From a virus (taxonomy: Duplodnaviria > Caudoviricetes), in IMG/VR virus record IMGVR_UViG_3300036398_001775, positions 1 to 24,346 of that record: a stretch of DNA of 24,346 bases, one strand, 5' to 3'. Positions 9,701 through 17,492 of this stretch are shown in pieces. The position numbers and the translations under genes were made by a program. The notes under the pieces are model-generated. The model was given only the letters and a program-made list of their open reading frames with translations. It had not been told where the DNA came from and did no database searches. Within the stretch, counting starts at the first letter, position 1; each line of letters begins with the position of its first letter.

Positions 9701-11061
9701 GGGGTAATAATGCCTTTGGACAGCATGGTGATGGTAATACTATAAATAAATCATCTCCTGTTCAAATAGGAAGTGATGTTGATTGGAGTGAAATTGCAAC
9801 AACCGATACAACATCAATGGGAATTAAAACCAATGGTACACTTTGGGGGTGGGGTTTTGATAGATTTGGAATATTGGGATTGAATATAGCTGCTGGTTTT
9901 ACATCTTTAACAAATTCACCAATTCAAGTAGGAACTGATACAAATTGGTCAAAGGTATCATTGGGTGTGTCTCACACAATTGCACTAAAATCTAATGGTA
10001 CATTATGGGCTTGGGGTAATAATGAAAATGGCAGTCTTGGTGACAATACAATCATAAACATATCATCTCCTGTTCAAATAGGAACCGATACCGATTGGAC
10101 ATTTATTAGTGCGGGTGCGTTTCATACATTAGCACTAAAATCCAATGGTACTCTATGGAATTGGGGATCTGGAACATCAGGACAACTTCCAGATGGGCGC
10201 ATTATGACATTATCTTCACCAACGCAAGTTGGGAGTTTAACCAATTGGTCAAAAATTTATTCGGGAAGATTTCATTCGGTGGCGATAAACACATCGGGTG
10301 AAATCTATACACTTGGTATAAATAGTAGTATATCTATAACTGTTAATGAATTTAGTCGCTCATCTCCAGTTCAAATTGGTACAGACACAGATTGGTCTGA
10401 TATTTCAGCATATTCAAATAATAGTGGAGCAATAAAAACAAACGGAACACTTTGGGTTTGGGGAAATGGTAATGAAGGACAACTTGGCCAAAATGATAGG
10501 TTCTCTCAATCTTCGCCAACACAGATTGGAACTGGTACAGATTGGTCATATTTTCCAAAATTGGGAGCAAGAAGATGGGGTCTTATGGCAACAAAAACTG
10601 ACGGAACTACTTGGGGCTCTGGATATGGATTTGATGGTGCATATGCTGATGATACAAATATATCAAGATCATCACCGATTCAGATTGGAAGTATTGCTTG
10701 GTCAAAAATAACATCTGGATTTCATACAATTGGCATGGATTCTAGCGGTAGTCTGTACTCATGGAATCAGAGTAGTGGTAATAGTGCTATATTAGGTAGA
10801 GAGACTGAACTCGGTCAAAATAGATCATCTCCTGTACAAGTTGGATCAGCCACAAATTGGGTTAGTTCATCACTTGGTTCAAATCATACAATGGCTATAA
10901 AAACAGATGGTACTCTTTGGGGGTGGGGTAATAATACTGCATTTCAAATGGGTGATGGGACTACACGAAGTAGGTCATCACCAGTTCAAATTGGAACTGC
11001 AAGTGGATATAAAACAGTTGATTGTGGTGTGTCATACACAATTGCGATTAAAGAAGAATAA
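6766..11061 (+). CDS. RCC1/BLIP-II-type beta-propeller repeat protein, 28 repeats, putative adhesin
   Basis: SD AAGGAG upstream. 28 copies counted of ~50-aa GTLWxWGxNxxGQLG...RSSPVQIG..TNWSxVxxGxxHTMAIKTD. The adhesin role is inferred from its position after the fibre genes. Confidence 0.9.
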   Translation: MVGNNVRNAALTSYPGYVAPPIPSLLYGWGNNVTAQLDNNSSGLYENQRGNFNTWVSSSYVAQQVFAIKSDGTLWSWGSGNNGGYESTDRSSPIQVGNETNWSKISVGFNLSHGMFIKSDGSLWGYGNNSNGQLGDNNSSDVSNRSYMIQVGSLKNWSQVTCGGSHTMAVKTDGTLWGWGLNTQGQLGVNNNITRSSPVQIGSLTNWSFVSAGASYTMAIKTDGTLWGWGLNSFGQVGDNTAITRSSPVQIGTGTNWSKVTTGASHTMAVKTDGTIWTWGSNNNGELGFSTGGATRSSPVQVGLLTNWKDVYATVDNFGMGASIKTDGTIWFWGNNGSGGFGNGNFISTTSPVQIGTEYWQTLGLRSNAFVGIKTDGTLWEWNANNGLTWLNSVVSPTTLTSFTDWKSASTGLSHTMAIKTDGTLWAWGVNNLGQLGDGTEIARQSPVQIGSGTDWDNVSCGSDHSAAVKTNGTLWSWGANSGGALGHNNQTTRSSPIQVGLLTNWSKVFCGQSFTMAIKTDGTLWAWGLNLIGQLADPMPVNRSSPIQIGTATNWKSVAPAIGGSHTMGVQTNGTLWGWGLNSSGQLGRNNAVSSATPTQVGTDTDWDSVSTAYSFTMAIKTNGTMWAWGNNGNNTLGIMRTPRLPFPVNTSLTNVSDMIAGDSYTMAIASDGALWGWGLNSAGSLGVGNTVTRSSPVQIGLLTNWSKVFAGISQTMAIKTDGTLWGWGLNSSGQVGDNSILGKSSPVQIGTGTDWQTVGCGTAHTFGIKTNGTLWAWGNNVFGQLGDGTIINRSSPVQIGTDTNWSKVSGGTGHTIALKTNGTLWAWGLDDRYQLGISSNSNKLQKIGTNTDWSILPTGSPGSHVMAIKSDGTLWGWGLNSSGQVGDNSAITRSSPVQIGTGTNWSILSLGASHTMAIKTDGTIWGWGNNNRGHLGDNTLINRSSPVQIGTDTNWSKLSSGNSHTMAIKTNGTLWAWGNNAFGQHGDGNTINKSSPVQIGSDVDWSEIATTDTTSMGIKTNGTLWGWGFDRFGILGLNIAAGFTSLTNSPIQVGTDTNWSKVSLGVSHTIALKSNGTLWAWGNNENGSLGDNTIINISSPVQIGTDTDWTFISAGAFHTLALKSNGTLWNWGSGTSGQLPDGRIMTLSSPTQVGSLTNWSKIYSGRFHSVAINTSGEIYTLGINSSISITVNEFSRSSPVQIGTDTDWSDISAYSNNSGAIKTNGTLWVWGNGNEGQLGQNDRFSQSSPTQIGTGTDWSYFPKLGARRWGLMATKTDGTTWGSGYGFDGAYADDTNISRSSPIQIGSIAWSKITSGFHTIGMDSSGSLYSWNQSSGNSAILGRETELGQNRSSPVQVGSATNWVSSSLGSNHTMAIKTDGTLWGWGNNTAFQMGDGTTRSRSSPVQIGTASGYKTVDCGVSYTIAIKEE

Positions 11062-11099
11062 TAAAAGTATTACTATAAACTACTTTTGAAAAATATTTT

Positions 11100-11109
11100 T
11101 ATATTTATA
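11100..11109 (+). promoter_or_regulatory. Candidate late promoter motif TATATTTATA upstream of the glycosyltransferase genes
   Basis: The ATATTTAT core recurs in five intergenic gaps. Confidence 0.6.
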
Positions 11110-11139
11110 GTTAAATGTTTTGTTTTTTAAGGTTTTTAT

Positions 11140-12147
11140 ATGAAAAATAAAGAAATGCATCCTTTGGATATGGCGTTAGATGCGTCAATTAATGGATTTC
11201 CAGAAATAAGTGAAGATATTTTACGCAATCAATCACAAGATGATTTAAGAGTTTTATTTAATCTTGGATGGCATGAAATGCGAAACGGCAATATGAAAAA
11301 GGCATTTGAACATTTCAATTATGGTCGTTTTATAGATGTATTTGGATTGCCACCAATACCTGGTAAAATATGGAAAGACGAACCGCTTGAAAATAAAACT
11401 CTATTGTTTAGATGTGAAGGTGGTTATGGTGATCAAATACTAAATTTTCGTTTTGCTAAAAAATTTGAAGAAATGGGTGCAAGAGTTTTAGTATCATGTT
11501 CAACGGAATTGCGAGAATTATTTTCTCGTCATGGATTCATTACAATAGATAATTCAGTAGTTAGTGGTGTCCATTATGATTATTGGATTCCAGCAATGTC
11601 AGCTGCATACATTCTGAATTTAGAATATAACGATTTAGATGGTTCCCCATTCCTATTCCCAAAAGAAAAAAGAAACCTATTTTCAAAAAAAGGTAATTTG
11701 AAAGTTGGAATTAGATGGAGTGGTTCACCTGATTTTGAAGATGAACAACACAGAAGATTCCCGCCTGAGTTAATGATAGATTTACATAATATACCAAATA
11801 CAACAGTTTATTCTTTACAAAAAGATGAAAATTGTATTGATGGTCTTCCATTCGGTGATATGCGTGAACAAATGAAAACATGGGATGATACTGCAAATAT
11901 TATTGCAGACTGTGATTTAATAATATCATCATGTACATCAGTTGCACACCTTTCAGCTGCAATGGGTATACCAACATGGGTGGCAACACCAATAATGCCA
12001 TATTATACTTGGGCTGTACCAGGAACCACATCAAATTGGTATAATTCGGTTCGTCTATTCAGACAAAAAAAATATGGTGAATGGGAAAATGTTTTTGATG
12101 AAATTAGAACAGAACTAACTAAATTATCAGAAAAACATGGATCTTAA
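11140..12147 (+). CDS. GT-B fold glycosyltransferase (GT9-like/FlmG-like) with short TPR-like N-terminus
   Basis: WKDEPLENKTLLFRCEGGYGDQI, KVGIRWSGSP, YSLQ, DDTANIIADCDLIISSCTSVAHLSAAMGIPTW, WYNSVRLFRQKKYGEW. TPR-like helix pair VLFNLGWHEMRNGNMKKAFEHF. Confidence 0.85.
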   Translation: MKNKEMHPLDMALDASINGFPEISEDILRNQSQDDLRVLFNLGWHEMRNGNMKKAFEHFNYGRFIDVFGLPPIPGKIWKDEPLENKTLLFRCEGGYGDQILNFRFAKKFEEMGARVLVSCSTELRELFSRHGFITIDNSVVSGVHYDYWIPAMSAAYILNLEYNDLDGSPFLFPKEKRNLFSKKGNLKVGIRWSGSPDFEDEQHRRFPPELMIDLHNIPNTTVYSLQKDENCIDGLPFGDMREQMKTWDDTANIIADCDLIISSCTSVAHLSAAMGIPTWVATPIMPYYTWAVPGTTSNWYNSVRLFRQKKYGEWENVFDEIRTELTKLSEKHGS

Positions 12148-12149
12148 AT

Positions 12150-12938
12150 ATGAACAATGACACCAAACCAAGTCTTGATATTATTTTAAGAACACATGAT
12201 TTTATTGATATTCATGGTTCACCAAATGGTAGATATTGTAAAACAGACAAGACAACACTAATATGTAAATGTATAACTTCTCTCGTAAATAGTGCAAACG
12301 ATTATACGGGTAAAATAAAATTTATATGGATAGACGACCACTCCTCAGACAGTAGTTTAGATAAAATGCGAAAGATTTTTGAAAAATCAAAGCATGAAGT
12401 CGAATTTGTTGCATTAGAATTACGGGGATGGAATGCTTCTGGATATGAACAGTTTGAACGTGGTAGAGCTTCAAATGCAGATTTGGTTTATTTTGTAGAA
12501 GATGATTACTTACATTATCCAACTGCAATAGAAGAAATGGTAAATGATTATCTAACATTTAAAAACAATTTAGGTGTAGAGGTTGCTATACATCCGTTTG
12601 ATGATCCAGATAACTACAAACCAAAATACATAGAAGAATGTAGAATAGTTTTAGGCGAAAAAAGACGATTCAGAACAAATACATATAGTACATTTGTATT
12701 TATGTGTTCACCCAAAATAGTCAGAGATAATTGGAGTATATTTTACACATTATCAACGGAATATATGACAGAATGGGGGGAAAAAAATAATATACACGAA
12801 GGAACTACCATAAATAAACTTTGGAGAGATAATGTAAAATTATTTACACCAATACCATCCTTGGCTTTACATATGGGATTTGATGAACAAAAAGATGCCT
12901 ATTTAGATTGGAAAGAACTTTGGGATTCCATTTCCTAA
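12150..12938 (+). CDS. GT-A fold (GT2-like) glycosyltransferase
   Basis: DIILRTHD first strand, WIDDHSS, DLVYFVEDDYLH (DxD-like), and a late SLALHM His motif. Confidence 0.75.
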   Translation: MNNDTKPSLDIILRTHDFIDIHGSPNGRYCKTDKTTLICKCITSLVNSANDYTGKIKFIWIDDHSSDSSLDKMRKIFEKSKHEVEFVALELRGWNASGYEQFERGRASNADLVYFVEDDYLHYPTAIEEMVNDYLTFKNNLGVEVAIHPFDDPDNYKPKYIEECRIVLGEKRRFRTNTYSTFVFMCSPKIVRDNWSIFYTLSTEYMTEWGEKNNIHEGTTINKLWRDNVKLFTPIPSLALHMGFDEQKDAYLDWKELWDSIS

Positions 12939-12939
12939 T

Positions 12940-12949
12940 CATATTTATA
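12940..12949 (+). promoter_or_regulatory. Candidate late promoter motif CATATTTATA, followed by the imperfect copy ATACTTATAG
   Basis: Same core as the other intergenic gaps. SD GGAG precedes ATG 12977. Confidence 0.6.
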
Positions 12950-12976
12950 GTTATACTTATAGTAACGGAGAAATAA

Positions 12977-13429
12977 ATGTCTTATGCAAGAGTAGAAGAT
13001 GGTAAAATAGTACAACGTTCTGAATTGTTACCTAATAGTTGGGATAACATATCTAATTTTAATACTTTAAATAAAGAAGAAATAACAAATCATGGTTGGT
13101 ATGTTCACAAGTTTATAGAGGCTGAAAAATTTGACGGATACATCTATGACGGAACAACATATTCCATAGAAAACAATGAAGTAGTAGAATATGAACAAGT
13201 TCGTCAAAAAACCACAGAAGAAATGGATTCTGAAATAGAATCTAAATGGATTGAAATACGGTCTCAAAGAAATATTCTTTTAATGGAATGTGATTGGACA
13301 CAGTTACCAGATTCACCACTAACTAATCAAAAACAAACGGAATGGCAAATATATCGTCAGTCTTTGAGAGATATGACAAATGCTGATAGTCCTTATGGTA
13401 TATCTTGGCCACCAAAACCAGAGGCATGA
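12977..13429 (+). CDS. Phage tail (fibre) assembly chaperone
   Basis: C-terminal WIEIRSQRNILLMECDWTQLPDSPL...WQIYRQSLRDMT...ISWPPKP signature. Confidence 0.85.
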   Translation: MSYARVEDGKIVQRSELLPNSWDNISNFNTLNKEEITNHGWYVHKFIEAEKFDGYIYDGTTYSIENNEVVEYEQVRQKTTEEMDSEIESKWIEIRSQRNILLMECDWTQLPDSPLTNQKQTEWQIYRQSLRDMTNADSPYGISWPPKPEA

Positions 13430-13430
13430 A

Positions 13431-14153
13431 ATGAATAAATCCGTATTAAAATTGATACGAGAAATGAATTTATCTATATTCACCGAAGAAGAATTGGTAG
13501 ATAAAGAAATAATTGTTTTGTTTCCTGGAAATTTTCAACCAATGGGACAACATCAAAGGGAAGAATACCAAAGACTTTGCCGTAAATTTGGAAAAGATAA
13601 TGTTATAGTTGTAACCGATGATAAAATAGATCAACAAAAACATCCTTTTTCATTTGATGAAAAGGTTACAATAATGAAAAGACATGGTGTTAAAAATGTT
13701 GAAAAGGCATTAAACCCATTCTATCCAACAGAAGTTATTTCAAAAATGGATGAAACTAATACGGTTTTAATAATTGCGGTTAGTCAAAAAAATATTTCGG
13801 AATTAAAACAAATAAAAAGATTGACACGATATAATGGTTCAGCAAATTTAACAATAAAAGATATTCAAAATCCCTACATCTATTATATGATAACAAATGA
13901 TGTGGATTATGATATACCCAGTGTAGGAAAATTAAATTTTAAAAATATACAAAGAGCACTTGGTGATAGAGATGCAAAATTATCCGAGTTGAAATCTAGA
14001 TTCATTTCAATATTTGGTTGGTTTGATGCGAAAATTTTTAATATGGTAATTCATAAAATGAATACGGATAGAGGAGACATGGTAGAGAAATCAAATCCGT
14101 TAAGTTTGGTTACTAGAACATTTTGGAAAAAAGTTTACAATGAAATAAAATAA
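13431..14153 (+). CDS. Cytidylyltransferase-like (HIGH-superfamily nucleotidyltransferase fold) protein with degenerate motif
   Basis: Start reassigned to ATG 13431, just after the upstream TGA. IVLFPGNFQPMGQHQ resembles G-x-F-x-P-x-H-x-G-H. KHPFSFDEKVTIM resembles the P-F/L-S/T-xxER motif. Confidence 0.6.
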   Translation: MNKSVLKLIREMNLSIFTEEELVDKEIIVLFPGNFQPMGQHQREEYQRLCRKFGKDNVIVVTDDKIDQQKHPFSFDEKVTIMKRHGVKNVEKALNPFYPTEVISKMDETNTVLIIAVSQKNISELKQIKRLTRYNGSANLTIKDIQNPYIYYMITNDVDYDIPSVGKLNFKNIQRALGDRDAKLSELKSRFISIFGWFDAKIFNMVIHKMNTDRGDMVEKSNPLSLVTRTFWKKVYNEIK

Positions 14154-14163
14154 AGGTTATGTT

Positions 14164-14787
14164 ATGGAAATTAAAATTGATAGTATAAAAGATGTTAAAA
14201 ATCTTTTAGAAGGAAACCATGAAAGTCAAAACAAGATTCAAGTTGGATTTGATGGAGAAAAAAAAGAACAGAATATTGATAGACAAGTTGGTGAAAAATG
14301 GTTTGATTCAGATGGAAATGAATGGGAGCAAAAGAAGGGATATAAAGTTAAACTCGGAAAAGTATGGCAACAAGAATTACATGAATATTTAAATTCATTT
14401 CCAAACTGTCCAAAAGAAAGTTGTACTTGTGGAATGCCAAAAAGACTTGATGAAAAAATGAGAAAAATTCATGGTATGTGTTTTGATTGTGTTGTTAAGA
14501 TGGAACATAAAATTAGAATAGAAGGAAAATGGCAAGAATACGAAAAGACTAAAATGAAAGAAAATGCTTTGGCTTGGTTAAAAGAAGCTGAACGTGATAA
14601 AAATTTAATAGTAGAGGAACTTTCAAGACTAGAGTTTGCTAATGAATTTGGTGATGTTGAAAAGTGGGACACCAAAGTAAACAAAGAAGAACTGTTAAAA
14701 AAAATTGAAGATGAGTTCCAAACTTTTAGAACTGATTTCATAGAAAAGTTAGAAAAGGATTTAGAGAATATGAATGAAACGGAATAA
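14164..14787 (+). CDS. Hypothetical protein with putative Zn-binding Cys cluster and acidic helical C-terminus
   Basis: CPKESCTC...HGMCFDC. AAGGT upstream. Confidence 0.7.
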   Translation: MEIKIDSIKDVKNLLEGNHESQNKIQVGFDGEKKEQNIDRQVGEKWFDSDGNEWEQKKGYKVKLGKVWQQELHEYLNSFPNCPKESCTCGMPKRLDEKMRKIHGMCFDCVVKMEHKIRIEGKWQEYEKTKMKENALAWLKEAERDKNLIVEELSRLEFANEFGDVEKWDTKVNKEELLKKIEDEFQTFRTDFIEKLEKDLENMNETE

Positions 14788-15037
14788 TATAACAAGAGAA
14801 ATATTTATAGGAATGGGTGGTGAAATATCATCAAAAAGAGTGATGATGTTTTTATCTTTTTGTATGATGATTACAATGGCTATATTTTCTACTATTTATA
14901 GTATGAAAGTTGAACAATTTATTTTTGATGGATTTCTTTACATAGTAGTCGGAGGACTGTTTTCAGTTGCCTCCGAAAAATTCAGTAATGCTTTTAAGAA
15001 AGTAGATGGAGAAAAAAGTGAAACAAGTAATAGTTGA
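14774..15037 (+). CDS. Putative holin-like small membrane protein (2 TM)
   Basis: 87 aa. SSKR followed by two hydrophobic segments (VMMFLSFCMMITMAIFSTIY and FIFDGFLYIVVGGLFSVA) and a charged C-tail. Lies near a peptidoglycan hydrolase gene. Confidence 0.55.
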   Translation: MKRNNITREIFIGMGGEISSKRVMMFLSFCMMITMAIFSTIYSMKVEQFIFDGFLYIVVGGLFSVASEKFSNAFKKVDGEKSETSNS

Positions 15038-15593
15038 AAGGGCAGTACCAACGGATAAAAAACTTTATGCAAGTGTCAAATCTAGAATAAAAAGAAAGTA
15101 CAAGGTATGGCCAAGTGCATATGCTTCTGCTGCTGTTGTTAAGGCATATAAGGCTGCTGGTGGTGGATATAGAAATGTAAAAGAAACCATAAATAATGCA
15201 TCATATAAATTAGAGGGATATTCCACGAATGGATGTGGTAAAATAACTGAATTGTATTTTGTATTAGGTGAAACCGATAAACATGATATACAAGAAGCGG
15301 AATATCGTGGTAGAAAAGTTAGTTTAGGAAAACCGTTCAGAACACCTGGAGGTCCAAAAAAGTTTTCTGTTTATGTTAAAAAACCAAATGGAAACATCGT
15401 AAAAGTAAATTTTGGTCATAAAGGTGAAGGTGGTAAAAAAACTATGAAAATTAAAAAGAGTAATGCAGCTCGTAGAAAATCATTTCGTGCACGTCACCGT
15501 TGTCATTCTCCTGGACCAAGACACAAAGCTAGATACTGGAGTTGCCGTTTTGGATGGCCTTCTAGTGGCAAGGGTGCAATAGATAAAACATAA
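15006..15593 (+). CDS. Highly basic two-module hypothetical protein
   Basis: Module 1 LYASVKSRIKRKYKVWPSAYAS...YKAAGGGY. Module 2 AEYRGRKVSLGKP...KVNFG...RRKSFRARHRC...KARYWSC. Confidence 0.75.
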   Translation: MEKKVKQVIVERAVPTDKKLYASVKSRIKRKYKVWPSAYASAAVVKAYKAAGGGYRNVKETINNASYKLEGYSTNGCGKITELYFVLGETDKHDIQEAEYRGRKVSLGKPFRTPGGPKKFSVYVKKPNGNIVKVNFGHKGEGGKKTMKIKKSNAARRKSFRARHRCHSPGPRHKARYWSCRFGWPSSGKGAIDKT

Positions 15594-15596
15594 GTT

Positions 15597-17468
15597 ATGG
15601 ATGTAAATTTATTTAAAACCATATTAAAACCAAATATTTCAGCAAAGTCATTAAAAGATTCAAAAAAAACAGCAGAAGCAATAACCAATGCTTATGTAAA
15701 GGCAACCGAAAAAATAACAACCACTATTTTTGGATCTAAATTATTGTCTGGAAATAAAAATTCATTGCAAAGACATTTAGAACAAGGATTGATTCTAAAT
15801 GATAAAACACGGCAAAAAAGTCAAAAAACAGAAAGTGGTTGGTTTATCATGTCAATGGGTTTTATTTTTTATTGGGTTAATTCAAAATTCACTCCAGTTC
15901 CACCAATGCCACCATCTACTGGACCTGCTCCTGGTCCATTGGGTGGAACAACCACAACATATCAAGGTGATCCAAAAACATTAGCAGACGATTTGAAAAA
16001 GGCATTTAATCTTGGAAGTACAGAAGATATTTTAAATGAATTGGGTATTGTGTTATCAAAGCATTTACTAAAAGTCAGTGGTATTTACACTGGAGTTGGT
16101 CCTGCCGGTCCACAAGTTACTCCATGGACAGGACTATTTGGAAAACCTGCACAATCTAATGATGGTAAAATAATAATAGATTCAAAATTAACTTTCCAAG
16201 AATCCATTAGTGGAATAGATGCCCCAAAAAATGTAATAGATTCTTTGGTGTTATTGGATATAGATTACATATCATCGGATAATAAATTACATCGTGGACA
16301 AATTCTTGTAAATAAATCAGTTCAAAACGAAGTAAAACAATTTTTTAAGTTATTGTTAGAAGAAAAGTTTCCAATAAACAGAATGATTCCTGTTGTAAAA
16401 TATGGTTGGAATGACGATAAATCAATGGAAGATAATAACACATCTGGATTTAATTACAGAGTAATAGCTGGATCAAATAAAATGTCTAAACATTCATATG
16501 GTGGTGCAATAGATATAAACCCAAGATGGAATCCTGTTATTTATAGAGATGGTAAAGTTTCCCCTCCTGGAGCTATTAGAGACAAAGATAGACCTGGTGT
16601 TTTAAAAAATGATACAAATGGTGTTAAATACTTAAAAGAAAAAGGATGGGAATGGGGTGGTGATTATACCAGTTTTAAAGATTGGCACCATTTTGATAAA
16701 GATATTGAACAAAGCAAAGATAGTTCAAATGTTGTTCCTGAAAGCGATTATTCATTTTCTATATTTAGTCCGTCTAGAGTTACTGTTGATATAGGTATTC
16801 CAAAAATAAAACAAGTAGATGGGAAAAAAATACAAAGTGGTTTTATGTTACACGATATACCAGGATGGAAAGATAGAAATTTCATATGGTCTTTTGCAAA
16901 TTTAACTTTATACGAACCTTCTGGAAAAGCAACTGGAGTATTTGTAAAAAATGGTAAAATTGCTAATCCAGAAACGGGATATCCATATTATACCATGATA
17001 AGTGAAACAACTGGACGAAATTTTAATAAATACGTTACAATAGCAATAATGAAAGACAATACAGTTAGGTTGTATGAAACAGACAGTACCACTACGGCAG
17101 AACAAAAAATATTAAGAGATTTGAAAAACATTAAATATGCATTTTCTGGAACTGATGTTTTAATAAGAAATGGTGGTGAAACTGAAGAACGCGCAATATC
17201 AAAATTGGAAGACGATAAAGATAGACCAAAAACATCAGTTGGTTTTTACAACAACAATTTAATGGTTGCCGTCACTACTGCCAAAACAAGTCAAAATTGG
17301 GAAAAATGGGGGAATACATTGAGAAAAATAAATTCAAATGCAACTTGGATTTCCATGGATGGCGGTGGTTCATCAACTATTGTAATTAAAGGAACACCAA
17401 GACAAGTTGCAGAAAACGTTCCAAATGGAAGAAAAGTGGCAACTATAATAGGTTGGTATGATGTATAA
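15597..17468 (+). CDS. Multidomain cell-envelope hydrolase: unknown N-domain + M15 Zn peptidase + phosphodiester glycosidase (NAGPA-like)
   Basis: M15 motifs FNYR...SKHSYGGAIDINP...WGGD...DWHHFD. NAGPA-like motifs RPKTSVG and SMDGGGSSTI. Confidence 0.8.
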   Translation: MDVNLFKTILKPNISAKSLKDSKKTAEAITNAYVKATEKITTTIFGSKLLSGNKNSLQRHLEQGLILNDKTRQKSQKTESGWFIMSMGFIFYWVNSKFTPVPPMPPSTGPAPGPLGGTTTTYQGDPKTLADDLKKAFNLGSTEDILNELGIVLSKHLLKVSGIYTGVGPAGPQVTPWTGLFGKPAQSNDGKIIIDSKLTFQESISGIDAPKNVIDSLVLLDIDYISSDNKLHRGQILVNKSVQNEVKQFFKLLLEEKFPINRMIPVVKYGWNDDKSMEDNNTSGFNYRVIAGSNKMSKHSYGGAIDINPRWNPVIYRDGKVSPPGAIRDKDRPGVLKNDTNGVKYLKEKGWEWGGDYTSFKDWHHFDKDIEQSKDSSNVVPESDYSFSIFSPSRVTVDIGIPKIKQVDGKKIQSGFMLHDIPGWKDRNFIWSFANLTLYEPSGKATGVFVKNGKIANPETGYPYYTMISETTGRNFNKYVTIAIMKDNTVRLYETDSTTTAEQKILRDLKNIKYAFSGTDVLIRNGGETEERAISKLEDDKDRPKTSVGFYNNNLMVAVTTAKTSQNWEKWGNTLRKINSNATWISMDGGGSSTIVIKGTPRQVAENVPNGRKVATIIGWYDV

Positions 17469-17479
17469 AAAATATTTTA

Positions 17480-17489
17480 CATATTTATT
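17480..17489 (+). promoter_or_regulatory. Candidate late promoter motif CATATTTATT
   Basis: Core 17481-17488, 4 nt before ATG 17493, with no SD. Confidence 0.6.
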
Positions 17490-17492
17490 GAT

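Noticed and set aside
11063-11100. Inverted repeat AAAAGTA/TACTTTT and palindrome AAAAATATTTTT as a terminator
   Set aside because: The stems are almost all AT and weak, as expected by chance at this composition.
13380-13430. Upstream start for the nucleotidyltransferase-like ORF
   Set aside because: It overlaps the conserved chaperone C-terminus. ATG 13431, with GAGG upstream, fits better.
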